Numbered from the stretch's first letter, positions 1 to 6,599 are shown. The stretch is DNA of 11,546 nucleotides from Samistivirus egole (IMGVR_UViG_2974779775_000001:124108-135653); one strand, 5' to 3'. Made by a program: numbers and translations. The notes: generated by a model not told the origin, from the sequence alone.

Positions 1-111
1 AGGTATGACAACGTGTGCTTGAATCAATCAGTCTGTATGCATGATGAGTCTGTCTTGCATGTCCCCATTGAGCATGTGAAGTACACTCATCTTGTCAACC
101 AATGTTGCAAG

Positions 112-156
112 TTATCCACAGGTTTAGGCTAGGTTGTGGATAACTATTGTGGATAA
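112..156. promoter_or_regulatory. Cluster of three perfect DnaA boxes
   Basis: TTATCCACA at 112-120 (+). TGTGGATAA, its reverse complement, at 135-143 and 148-156. All are exact matches to the canonical 9-mer. Confidence 0.7.
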
Positions 157-412
157 AGAAATATAGGTTGTGCGCAATATAGTAGTGTGCTGATAGTGTG
201 TAATGGTGGGGTATGTTCCGGGCGGGAACAAAAGGCATCTACCCTGCATATTAAGGCTAGCAGACACATGGGCCCACGAATCCAAGGCAAGTAGGGCTGT
301 CAAGCACCGATAATTAGGCCCCAAAAGTGTCCCAAAGTGAGCAGAAACACGCTGATTTCAAGGGAAATGCTGCCATTTTGCCCGAAATCATGCCAAAAAT
401 CCCCAATTTTAA

Positions 413-882
413 CAGTCATTCGTAAAGCAGCCCCAATCTAGCCCACATGCAGCCCCGAATCAGCCCATCTTCCTGGAAAATTAGGCAGTCATCGTAAATG
501 GACCCACCATTCGAAGGCCAATGAGTCTGACAGACCTTAGATTCATAGATGAGGTGTCGATTCTCCCTATATACATGCCAGACTTGAGTCTGATGTGAGA
601 AAAGCCCGGCAATTTGAAGAAGCTTTCGTAAACGAACTAGATAGATACACACGCATTATAGGGAAGGGTAGGTAGTATATGTATATAGGGGACAAGGGTA
701 CTCATCACTACCGGCCTTGAATCTCAGCATGTCTTGTCTCTCATGTATATAGCAGAAAAGCCACCCCGAAGGGTGGCTATTTTTGTAAACTCAAATCCTT
801 GCGAAATTGTGGAATCTTCCGGGATTCTGAGGCCCATTCGTAAAGGGAATCTCTGGGAAATTTGAGGCCCCATCGTAAAGGG
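413..882 (+). repeat. Dispersed TCGTAAA direct repeats (5 copies) in non-coding DNA
   Basis: Core at 420-426, 492-498, 626-632, 838-844 and 873-879. Extended pairs: CAGTCAT(T)CGTAAA at 413-426 and 486-498; TGAGGCCCAT/CATCGTAAAGGG-type 20-mers at 828-847 and 863-882. Confidence 0.7.
755..785. terminator. Bidirectional intrinsic terminator
   Basis: Stem AGCCACCC (759-766) / GGGTGGCT (771-778), loop CGAA (UUCG on minus), A-run before and T-run after. Confidence 0.85.
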
Positions 883-969
883 GAAAAAGTCGGACATAGG
901 GGACAAATGACTGATGATGTTCATAGTCATGATGTTAGTTAGACTAGCTAAGGTGTCCGGGTCCGACAT

Positions 970-1058
970 TGAAAGGTCCCTGGGAGGCGGCCGACCTTCC
1001 GCTCATTACCCCTCGCCGAATGACTGATAGGGGTCCCAGGGACACACTTTGTACTACT
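970..1058 (-). ncRNA. Putative structured small RNA (three-way junction)
   Basis: Lies downstream of a consensus promoter with no plausible ORF. 9-bp closing stem 976-984/1035-1043, 6-bp stem 1008-1013/1029-1034, third stem 985-990/999-1003 with one bulge. Confidence 0.5.
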
Positions 1059-1063
1059 CTTCT

Positions 1064-1092
1064 ATGTTAGCAAGAGCGTGAGCCTATGTCAA
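1064..1092 (-). promoter_or_regulatory. Housekeeping-sigma promoter P1
   Basis: TTGACA (1092-1087), 17 bp, TAACAT (1069-1064), with extended TG. Confidence 0.85.
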
Positions 1093-1094
1093 CA

Positions 1095-1328
1095 TCACTT
1101 GGTGTAGTCAGGGAACAGGCGTTCCAACTCCCAGTCTTCCAAGAGATAGGCAGAGTGAGTGGGGGAGGGTACAGAGATACTGACAGCCCTGCCAAACTTC
1201 TTTGCCTGTTCGTTCCAGACCTTACCGATGAAAGAGTTGGGAGTGATTCCCTCCACCTTGAAGTAGAAGCTTCCCGAGAGAACCAGGTCACCCATGGACA
1301 GTTCGATGCTTTCCTTTACCGGCTTCAT
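1095..1328 (-). CDS. Hypothetical protein, 77 aa, probably leaderless
   Basis: ORF co-oriented with the array. ATG sits 7 nt after the TAGACT -10 element with no SD. Confidence 0.75.
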   Translation of the reverse strand: MKPVKESIELSMGDLVLSGSFYFKVEGITPNSFIGKVWNEQAKKFGRAVSISVPSPTHSAYLLEDWELERLFPDYTK

Positions 1329-1334
1329 GTGTTG

Positions 1335-1363
1335 AGTCTACCAGTACAAGAGGGCTCTGTCTA
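1335..1363 (-). promoter_or_regulatory. Promoter P2
   Basis: TAGACA, 17 bp, TAGACT (1340-1335), with extended TG. Confidence 0.8.
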
Positions 1364-1390
1364 CCCACCGGCCAATTTGTCGGACCCCGA

Positions 1391-1400
1391 CCCCGAAGGG
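1391..1400 (-). terminator. Short cassette-end C(UUCG)G hairpin
   Basis: CCC-CGAA-GGG on plus, 7 nt past the stop at 1408. The stem is only 3 bp. Confidence 0.4.
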
Positions 1401-1407
1401 CCGAGCA

Positions 1408-1707
1408 TCAGAAGTCGGGTTCGTCCATCAGGCTGCTGAACTCCTCTTCCATTTCAGCAATGGCCTCAGCCATCCAGAGGGCTCGTTCCTTCCTGCGAAT
1501 TTCACGACGGTGCCAGCGTCCGTTGTCCAGCTCATCCATGTAGCGGTGGGCAAGGATACGGCTGTTACCCATGACTCCACTGTTACGAGTCACGTGACCA
1601 CTCCACCTCTTACGGTGAAGCCCGGAACGGGGAATCGGGATACCCTTGGCACTGTTAGCGTACTCCGTGGCGCGAACCACACTGTACCAGTCACCGACAG
1701 AACGCAT
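1408..1707 (-). CDS. Hypothetical protein, 99 aa
   Basis: GGGAGG SD 6 nt upstream of ATG, own promoter, stop abutting the cassette hairpin. Confidence 0.8.
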   Translation of the reverse strand: MRSVGDWYSVVRATEYANSAKGIPIPRSGLHRKRWSGHVTRNSGVMGNSRILAHRYMDELDNGRWHRREIRRKERALWMAEAIAEMEEEFSSLMDEPDF

Positions 1708-1733
1708 ATACTTCCTCCCTTTTGCTTAGCTTG

Positions 1734-1762
1734 AGTCTACCAGAGTACAAGGACACTGTCTA
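1734..1762 (-). promoter_or_regulatory. Promoter P3
   Basis: TAGACA (1762-1757), 17 bp, TAGACT (1739-1734), with extended TG. Confidence 0.8.
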
Positions 1763-1795
1763 GCTACCGGGCGTTTGTCCGGCCCCGCCAAAAAT

Positions 1796-1820
1796 CCCCT
1801 AAACCCTTTCGGGCTAGGGG
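1796..1820 (-). terminator. Hairpin after the DUF932 gene (GAAA loop on minus)
   Basis: CCCCTA/TAGGGG outer stem plus CCC/GGG inner stem around TTTC on plus. Confidence 0.55.
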
Positions 1821-1839
1821 ACTGGCGAACATTCCTGGA

Positions 1840-2853
1840 TTAGCTGGCCAGGGCCAGGACCGCCTTACGGATGCGGTTCTTCTCGACGTTGACGACCGGG
1901 TCAAAGCCACTTGCGGCGATGAACAGGTTATCGACGTTGCCACCACGCGGCATCCGGTACCAGTCGATACGCTCCGTCAGAGCGTTCAGAGCACCCGCCA
2001 TCGTGCCAGACAGAGACTGCGTGGTCTTGGGACCGTCACCCGTGTCGGTGAAGATGCCCATGAGGATGTCACGCTTCGACTCCCACTTGACCATGCTGCC
2101 CTTGACATCCTTTTCGGGCTTGGGGTACAGGTCCTGAATCAGAGCATCGAACTTGTCCTTCGTGCACTGCACCTCGAACAGAGAGTTCATCTCACGCTCG
2201 AACTCATCCGCGTAGGCGAACGTGATGTTCAGAGCCTCACGCGCAGCAGCCATGCGACCCTCGATGGTCTGCGTGTGGCGCATCTTGAACTGTTGCTTCA
2301 CACCGTTACGGAGTGCAAAGTTCAGCGTGTTCTGACACACGACACGAACCGGGGTAATGCTTGCCTGAACTGCGACAGACCCGTCATGCGACGTGTTGAC
2401 CAGAAGATACAGCTTGGTCACGTCATCGTCACCGACCTTGATGTCACGCCCGATGCTCAGCGAACCGAACACCACACGACCATCCTTGATAGAACCGGCA
2501 GTCTCCCAGGTTCCACCACCCGCAAGGATGCCGTCACCGAAGCCGAACAGCTCTTCGTTCTGGACGACCTTGTACCGCTCGCCCACCGTGGCCAGAACGT
2601 CATTCCGGCCGGTGAAGGGGTTGGTACGGACGACCATGTGAGGCTCCGTCACGAAGTCATAGGTGTCGGACACCAGACCCATGATTTCCTTGATGGACTC
2701 CAGACGCACATCCCAGCCCGAAAGGTGGGCGAGAGACAGCATCTCCGAAGTGGTCAGCTCCCCCTCGAATACGGTTCCGAGGTTGTGCCACGCGGGCTCA
2801 CTGCGAGTGGCGAACGCGACCTGACCCTTGGAACCAATCTCAAGACCGTGCAT
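1840..2853 (-). CDS. DUF932 domain protein (phage/plasmid-like, TIGR03299 family), 337 aa
   Basis: Start MHGLEI with AGGAGG SD 6 nt upstream. Recognised motifs: PAWHxLG, Y.VVQNEE.F, WETAGS..xGR.VF, YLL..TSHDGS, TPVRVVCQNTL, HT. The ORF-track start at 3000 runs through the promoter and was trimmed. Confidence 0.9.
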   Translation of the reverse strand: MHGLEIGSKGQVAFATRSEPAWHNLGTVFEGELTTSEMLSLAHLSGWDVRLESIKEIMGLVSDTYDFVTEPHMVVRTNPFTGRNDVLATVGERYKVVQNEELFGFGDGILAGGGTWETAGSIKDGRVVFGSLSIGRDIKVGDDDVTKLYLLVNTSHDGSVAVQASITPVRVVCQNTLNFALRNGVKQQFKMRHTQTIEGRMAAAREALNITFAYADEFEREMNSLFEVQCTKDKFDALIQDLYPKPEKDVKGSMVKWESKRDILMGIFTDTGDGPKTTQSLSGTMAGALNALTERIDWYRMPRGGNVDNLFIAASGFDPVVNVEKNRIRKAVLALAS

Positions 2854-2911
2854 GTTGTGCCTCCTAGGCAGATTGGTGTTAGGGCCGGTTTCCCTGCCCT
2901 TCGATGTCTCT

Positions 2912-2941
2912 AGTCTAGCAGTAGGCAAGGGGTGATGTCTA
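2912..2941 (-). promoter_or_regulatory. Promoter P4
   Basis: TAGACA, 18 bp, TAGACT (2917-2912), with extended TG. Leader starts ATCGAAGGG at about 2905. Confidence 0.8.
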
Positions 2942-3006
2942 CCCATGCTGCCGGGCTCATGTCCACAATGTCCGATTTGCCCGTTGCCGGACCCGGACAC
3001 ACGAAG

Positions 3007-3024
3007 GCCCCTCCGAAGAGGGGC
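3007..3024 (-). terminator. Cassette-end C(UUCG)G hairpin
   Basis: 7-bp stem GCCCCTC/GAGGGGC, loop CGAA on plus, no U-tract. Confidence 0.6.
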
Positions 3025-3045
3025 TGTGTGCGAGCCTTAGCAGAC

Positions 3046-3486
3046 TCAGTACGCGGCGTCCAGGCAGGAACGCTCCCAGTTGGCCAGGTACATGCCGTCC
3101 AGCTTGGACACATAGGCGTCCACGATGTCCTTCGAGTCCTTGAGACCCAGACCGGTCTTCTCACGGAGCTGCTTGATGCACTGAATCTTCTTGTTGGAAC
3201 CGACCTCACGGACGATGTCCTTGACCAGCTCCGCACCCTGCGCCTTGACGCGCGCCTCGATGTCACGGAGACGGTTCAGCTCGTGGCTGGTGGGCTGCTC
3301 GGCGTCCTGCTTACCGGAACGGTAGCCAGCCTGGTAGCCCTCGGCGTAGGACTTGTCCTCACGGTTCTGGAGTTCCCCGGCGTAGATGGCCTCGAACATG
3401 TTGACCAGCTCCATGGCCTTGTTGAGGCTCATGTGACCCTCGAAGTTGTGGAGGGAGGCGAGGAGCTGAGCGCGAAGGTCCGACAT
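3046..3486 (-). CDS. Protein with C-terminal ribosomal L7/L12 CTD-like domain, 146 aa
   Basis: KKIQCIKQLREKTGLGLKDSKDIVD closely follows the L7/L12 CTD motif K(I/V)xxIKxxRxxTGLGLKEAKDLVE. GGAGA SD present. Confidence 0.8.
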   Translation of the reverse strand: MSDLRAQLLASLHNFEGHMSLNKAMELVNMFEAIYAGELQNREDKSYAEGYQAGYRSGKQDAEQPTSHELNRLRDIEARVKAQGAELVKDIVREVGSNKKIQCIKQLREKTGLGLKDSKDIVDAYVSKLDGMYLANWERSCLDAAY

Positions 3487-3531
3487 GATGTTCTCCGTTT
3501 CTAGGGGCTCCTTGCCCCTTTCGATGTCTCT

Positions 3532-3561
3532 ATCTTAGCAGTACCAAGGGCCCTGTGTCTA
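3532..3561 (-). promoter_or_regulatory. Promoter P5
   Basis: TAGACA, 18 bp, TAAGAT (3537-3532), with extended TG. Confidence 0.75.
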
Positions 3562-3586
3562 CCGGTCGTTTTTGTCCGGGCCCGAC

Positions 3587-3604
3587 AGGGCCCCGAAGGG
3601 CCCT
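3587..3604 (-). terminator. Cassette-end C(UUCG)G hairpin
   Basis: 7-bp stem AGGGCCC/GGGCCCT, loop CGAA on plus. Confidence 0.6.
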
Positions 3605-3608
3605 TCTG

Positions 3609-4049
3609 TCAGAACCTCACACCGACACCGGAACCGTCCAGCGATTCCACGATGCTCTTTGCGGTACGCAGGTCCAGCGTCGGGAAGTGGGCGCGAAGGT
3701 GCTTGATGCACGCAATCTTGCGCTCCAGGTTGTAGTAGCTGAATTCACTGTTCGCCCAGATGGACGCACGCGCGACCAACTTGGTGTGGTCGTTCTCAGC
3801 GGCATAGGTGGTCAGACGCTCCCCGTGCGCCTTACCCTGTCCGTAGCCGTCGTTGAAGGCGGACTCCACACGCCCGTTCGCCTCCTTACGGGCCAGGTCC
3901 CAGGCGTTGTTCTCCACCTCGTTGACCCGCTCCAGGTGGGCACCGTAGATGAGGTTGGCCACCGTGAACGCCTTCTTCAAGCTCATCTTGACACCGTTGG
4001 CGTTGAAGATACGCATGATGCGGGCCTCGTCCAGGGTGAAGATGCTCAT
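3609..4049 (-). CDS. Second, more diverged L7/L12 CTD-like domain protein, 146 aa
   Basis: RKIACIKHLRAHFPTLDLRTAKSIVE motif. GGAGG SD. Same length and layout as 3046-3486. Confidence 0.75.
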   Translation of the reverse strand: MSIFTLDEARIMRIFNANGVKMSLKKAFTVANLIYGAHLERVNEVENNAWDLARKEANGRVESAFNDGYGQGKAHGERLTTYAAENDHTKLVARASIWANSEFSYYNLERKIACIKHLRAHFPTLDLRTAKSIVESLDGSGVGVRF

Positions 4050-4094
4050 GGTAGCCTCCAGTCTCAGGGAGCTTGTCTCCCTTTCGATGTCTTT

Positions 4095-4123
4095 AGTCTA
4101 CAGGACTAGTGAGGCAGATACAA
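4095..4123 (-). promoter_or_regulatory. Promoter P6
   Basis: TTGTAT, 17 bp, TAGACT (4100-4095). Confidence 0.7.
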
Positions 4124-4151
4124 CCCCTCTTCAAAGTGTCCGGGCCCGACA

Positions 4152-4175
4152 CGGGCCCCGAAAGTCAAGGGCCCG
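4152..4175 (-). terminator. Cassette-end hairpin (10-nt loop variant)
   Basis: CGGGCCC/GGGCCCG stem, loop CGAAAGTCAA on plus, 6 nt past the stop at 4182. Confidence 0.55.
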
Positions 4176-4181
4176 GTAGGG

Positions 4182-4517
4182 TCAAGGGTTGGTGTGTCCC
4201 CTTTTCAGTAGTATCTGTTCGATGATGAATTTCGAATCCATCACGCGATTGAATTCATCATCTGAGCGGCTTTCCGTCCTGCCTGCCCATGCATTGAGAA
4301 TGGAGATGATGAACTGAAACATCACCGCCTGCACAGGCTCAGGATAGGTCGAAAGCAGATAGGCGAATGCATGAGGGTCGAATGACCGCTTATCCATTTC
4401 GTCAATCAGCTTATTGGCCAGACGCTCATACGACGTAGGCCGTGGCGTTACGAGTCGCGCACCCTCATACATGTCAGGTGCGATGATGCTTGTTCGTTTG
4501 AAGGGACTACGCGCCAC
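4182..4517 (-). CDS. Hypothetical protein, about 111 aa (start uncertain)
   Basis: 3' part of track ORF 4182..4859. GTG at 4517 overlaps the upstream stop and follows GGGGGAG. Alternative ATG at 4472. Confidence 0.65.
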   Translation of the reverse strand: MARSPFKRTSIIAPDMYEGARLVTPRPTSYERLANKLIDEMDKRSFDPHAFAYLLSTYPEPVQAVMFQFIISILNAWAGRTESRSDDEFNRVMDSKFIIEQILLKRGHTNP

Positions 4518-4671
4518 CCTCTCCCCCAAAGTCTTCCGTTGTACCGTATCCGTCTGAGACGCTGACAGACAGGCCCAGCACCTTTGCCATGAACTCTGCC
4601 GTAGCAGTAGCAAAGGGCCAGGCCGTGTCGTGAGCGTCATCATCGGGCGTGTCGATTTCGATGATGACCAT
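4507..4671 (-). CDS. Small acidic hypothetical protein, 54 aa (not in the ORF track)
   Basis: Hand translation MVIIEIDTPDDDAHDTAWPFATATAEFMAKVLGLSVSVSDGYGTTEDFGGEGGA*. AGGA upstream. Fills the gap between lsr2 and the next gene. Confidence 0.7.
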   Translation of the reverse strand: MVIIEIDTPDDDAHDTAWPFATATAEFMAKVLGLSVSVSDGYGTTEDFGGEGGA

Positions 4672-4680
4672 GACTCTATC

Positions 4681-5199
4681 CTATCGTGCGTGAACCTCGA
4701 CGTCCATACCGAGCACCACCGGGGAGCCACAGCCGCAGTGCGACAGGCTGTAACCGCACTTGCACACCTCACGCTCCGAGAGACGGATGCGCTTGCCACG
4801 GTAGTAAGCCGTGTACTCGGTACGGTTCGAACGGGTGGGCTCGGCGTGCGGACGGACATCCTTACCGGTCACCTTGACGTGCACACCGGGCGCAGCGGGC
4901 TTGACCTCCGGGTTGTCTGCCTTGTAAGCGGCCAGCACCTCAGCCGACAGACGACCACGGGACGACACGGTGAGACCCTTGGAAGCGGCCCACGCACGCA
5001 CCACCTTGGCATCGAACTGCCCGGCCTTGGGAGCGGCCTTGACGACCTTGCGAGGCGTGGCGTCGGTGTCAGCGAAGACCTTACCCGACTTCTCAGCCTC
5101 AGCGATGGCCTCGTATGCGGCAGCGCTCATCCGGCCACGGGATTCCTTGGCCAGGCCCAGAGAGACAGCGTACGCGCGACGGGTCATGTTGACGTTCAT
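4681..5199 (-). CDS. lsr2: Lsr2-type DNA-binding protein with a duplicated RGR module and Cys-rich tail, 172 aa
   Basis: FDAKVVRAWAASKGLTVSSRGRLSAEVLAAYKA matches the Lsr2 C-terminal DNA-binding domain. A second degenerate copy is at the N-terminus (RRAYAVSLGLAKESRGRMSA). The tail contains CKCGYSLSHCGC. Confidence 0.85.
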   Translation of the reverse strand: MNVNMTRRAYAVSLGLAKESRGRMSAAAYEAIAEAEKSGKVFADTDATPRKVVKAAPKAGQFDAKVVRAWAASKGLTVSSRGRLSAEVLAAYKADNPEVKPAAPGVHVKVTGKDVRPHAEPTRSNRTEYTAYYRGKRIRLSEREVCKCGYSLSHCGCGSPVVLGMDVEVHAR

Positions 5200-5226
5200 G
5201 GGGTTTCCTTCCCTCGGTGTGCACTC

Positions 5227-5255
5227 AGTCTATCGGATTGAAGGCGGAGAGGCAA
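5227..5255 (-). promoter_or_regulatory. Promoter P7a (proximal lsr2 promoter)
   Basis: TTGCCT, 17 bp, TAGACT (5232-5227). Confidence 0.7.
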
Positions 5256-5296
5256 GCCCCGGTGCAGAGGTTGGTTTCCCTCCCCTTCATGTCTCT

Positions 5297-5326
5297 AGTA
5301 TAGAGGACGTAACAGGGTCCTGTCTA
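5297..5326 (-). promoter_or_regulatory. Promoter P7b (distal lsr2 promoter)
   Basis: TAGACA, 18 bp, TATACT (5302-5297). Confidence 0.75.
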
Positions 5327-5367
5327 CAGTCCTAAATGTCCGATTTGCCCGAAGTCCGGGCCCGACA

Positions 5368-5383
5368 TGCCCCCGAAGGGGCA
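5368..5383 (-). terminator. Cassette-end C(UUCG)G hairpin
   Basis: 6-bp stem TGCCCC/GGGGCA, 5 nt past the stop at 5389. Confidence 0.6.
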
Positions 5384-5388
5384 AGGGG

Positions 5389-6123
5389 CTAAGCCTTTCG
5401 GCGCTTAGAGACCTTGGACGCGAAACGGATATCTGCCTTACCGAAGATGCAAAGGCCACACGTTACGCACGCGCCACCCTTTTCGGTAATGAGAGGAATG
5501 CGCTTGGCATTCTCAGGGCAGATAGCCCCAGGCTTACCAGTTTCGGTAAGCATGAATTCCTTACCCTGTTCGTGAGTCTCAGAGAGATAGGCAAGGCGGA
5601 CCGAAGGGAATTCCTTCTTTGTCGCCAGCGCCTTTTCCTCATTCTCACTGTCCACACTCAGATAAACAGAGAGGTTTTCGTGCCCTACGATGTGACGCAC
5701 GTACTGGAATGACCTAGTGTAAATCCAGAATTGCACATCCTGGAAAACCTCAGCCATTCGAGCGATATTCTGTGCGTATTCCGCAGAGAAGATATCGCCG
5801 TCAGCGTGCCAGCGAAACAGCTTAGGCGCGTCACGCTTTTCACAGTCAGCCCTGAAACTCTCAATCATTACTGCGAGATTGAGAAACTGGTCCTCGTTAG
5901 GGTCATTGAGAATGGCCCAGTTGTTGAGAACCAATTCACGATATGCAGGATACTGCCTTTCGAGCTTACCTGCATAGCATACGGTCTCACAGACCTTTGT
6001 CGCGCCGGGGCAGGAAAACGCCTTTCCACTCGGAATGGAGAATGCGTTTTTGATGACCGACTGTTCCCCTCGCTTGTTGGCAAGGTTGGCAGTCTTACGG
6101 TCATTCGTGCGCTTAAGCGGCAT
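5389..6123 (-). CDS. GP88-family Cys-rich phage protein, 244 aa
   Basis: Start MPLKRTNDRKTAN with GGAGG SD. Motifs CPGATxxCxxxCYA, FRWHADGD, FWIYTRS, NLSVYLSVD, CPEN and CVTCGLC are typical of the actinophage GP88 family as I recall it. Confidence 0.75.
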   Translation of the reverse strand: MPLKRTNDRKTANLANKRGEQSVIKNAFSIPSGKAFSCPGATKVCETVCYAGKLERQYPAYRELVLNNWAILNDPNEDQFLNLAVMIESFRADCEKRDAPKLFRWHADGDIFSAEYAQNIARMAEVFQDVQFWIYTRSFQYVRHIVGHENLSVYLSVDSENEEKALATKKEFPSVRLAYLSETHEQGKEFMLTETGKPGAICPENAKRIPLITEKGGACVTCGLCIFGKADIRFASKVSKRRKA

Positions 6124-6418
6124 TGCGTTCCTCCGAGCTGTAGGGCAATTCAGTGTTACGGACAATGGTACCGAGCGAAACAGCGTTGATTGTCTTGTGT
6201 CCAAGAATCCACGCCATTACGACACGGTGCTGACCATTGTAGACCGTGCCATTCTGAAAGTTGATAGGCATCTGAATTCCGTCACGCTCGCATGACTCAA
6301 TGAATTCATCGCTCATCTCAAAGAAAAGCTGAGTGAAAAGGTCCATCGTGGACTGACCTTCCTCGCGGTCTGCGAAGTCGGCACGGGCAACGATGGCTTC
6401 AACGCTCAGCTTCCTCAT
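6113..6418 (-). CDS. ParB/Srx-like domain protein (paralog 1), 101 aa, probably leaderless
   Basis: SC..DGIQMPI...NGQHRV..A..LG pattern resembles the ParB/Srx G.HR catalytic core. ATG at 6418 lies 8 nt after TATACT. The stop overlaps the GP88 start by 11 nt. Confidence 0.7.
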   Translation of the reverse strand: MRKLSVEAIVARADFADREEGQSTMDLFTQLFFEMSDEFIESCERDGIQMPINFQNGTVYNGQHRVVMAWILGHKTINAVSLGTIVRNTELPYSSEERNAA

Positions 6419-6425
6419 GTGTTCG

Positions 6426-6454
6426 AGTATAGCAAGACATGCGGACGTAAACAA
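6426..6454 (-). promoter_or_regulatory. Promoter P8
   Basis: TTGTTT, 17 bp, TATACT (6431-6426), with extended TG. Confidence 0.75.
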
Positions 6455-6505
6455 GCCCCTAGACGAATGTCTGAAATGTCCGTTGTCCGCCCCGGACATG
6501 ACTGA

Positions 6506-6523
6506 GGGCCCCCGAAGGGGCCC
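6506..6523 (-). terminator. Cassette-end C(UUCG)G hairpin
   Basis: 7-bp stem GGGCCCC/GGGGCCC. Confidence 0.6.
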
Positions 6524-6527
6524 GGTG

Positions 6528-6599
6528 TCAGAGAAAGATGATTGCGAGAAAGAACACAATCACCACGTACCAGAGAAAGGCGGTCAGACATTCTCGCAA
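6528..6599 (-). CDS. Putative transmembrane micropeptide, about 23 aa (start uncertain)
   Basis: (M/L)RECLTAFLWYVVIVFFLAIIFL*. TGA lies 4 nt from the cassette hairpin. TTG start at 6599, or GTG at 6647. Confidence 0.4.
   Translation of the reverse strand: MRECLTAFLWYVVIVFFLAIIFL

Noticed and set aside
124-969. ORFs 124-324, 416-652 and 724-969 on minus
   Set aside because: No SD or cassette promoter, atypical composition, and they overlap DnaA boxes, repeats and a terminator.
911-974. Hammerhead ribozyme (CTGATGA at 911 and GAAA at 971 on plus)
   Set aside because: The bases flanking the motifs do not form the required stem II closing pair, and stems I and III with a cleavage triplet could not be built.
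970-1058. tRNA gene
   Set aside because: Only two internal arms, no T-loop consensus, no 7-nt anticodon loop and no CCA.
3587-3604. N4-type ssDNA hairpin promoters with a C(GAA)G triloop on the plus strand
   Set aside because: The triloop register gives only about 3 bp of stem, whereas the tetraloop register gives up to 7 bp. Standard -35/-10 promoters already explain expression.
3046-4049. Calling these genes rplL (true ribosomal protein L7/L12)
   Set aside because: The N-terminal L10-binding domain and Ala-rich hinge are absent. Only the C-terminal motif is similar.
5225-5290. 21-codon ORF starting at the predicted +1 of P7b (MKGRETNLCTGACLSAFNPID)
   Set aside because: The ATG is a one-base variant of the ATCGAAAGGG leader motif, and the reading frame overlaps promoter P7a. 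There is no independent support for translation.
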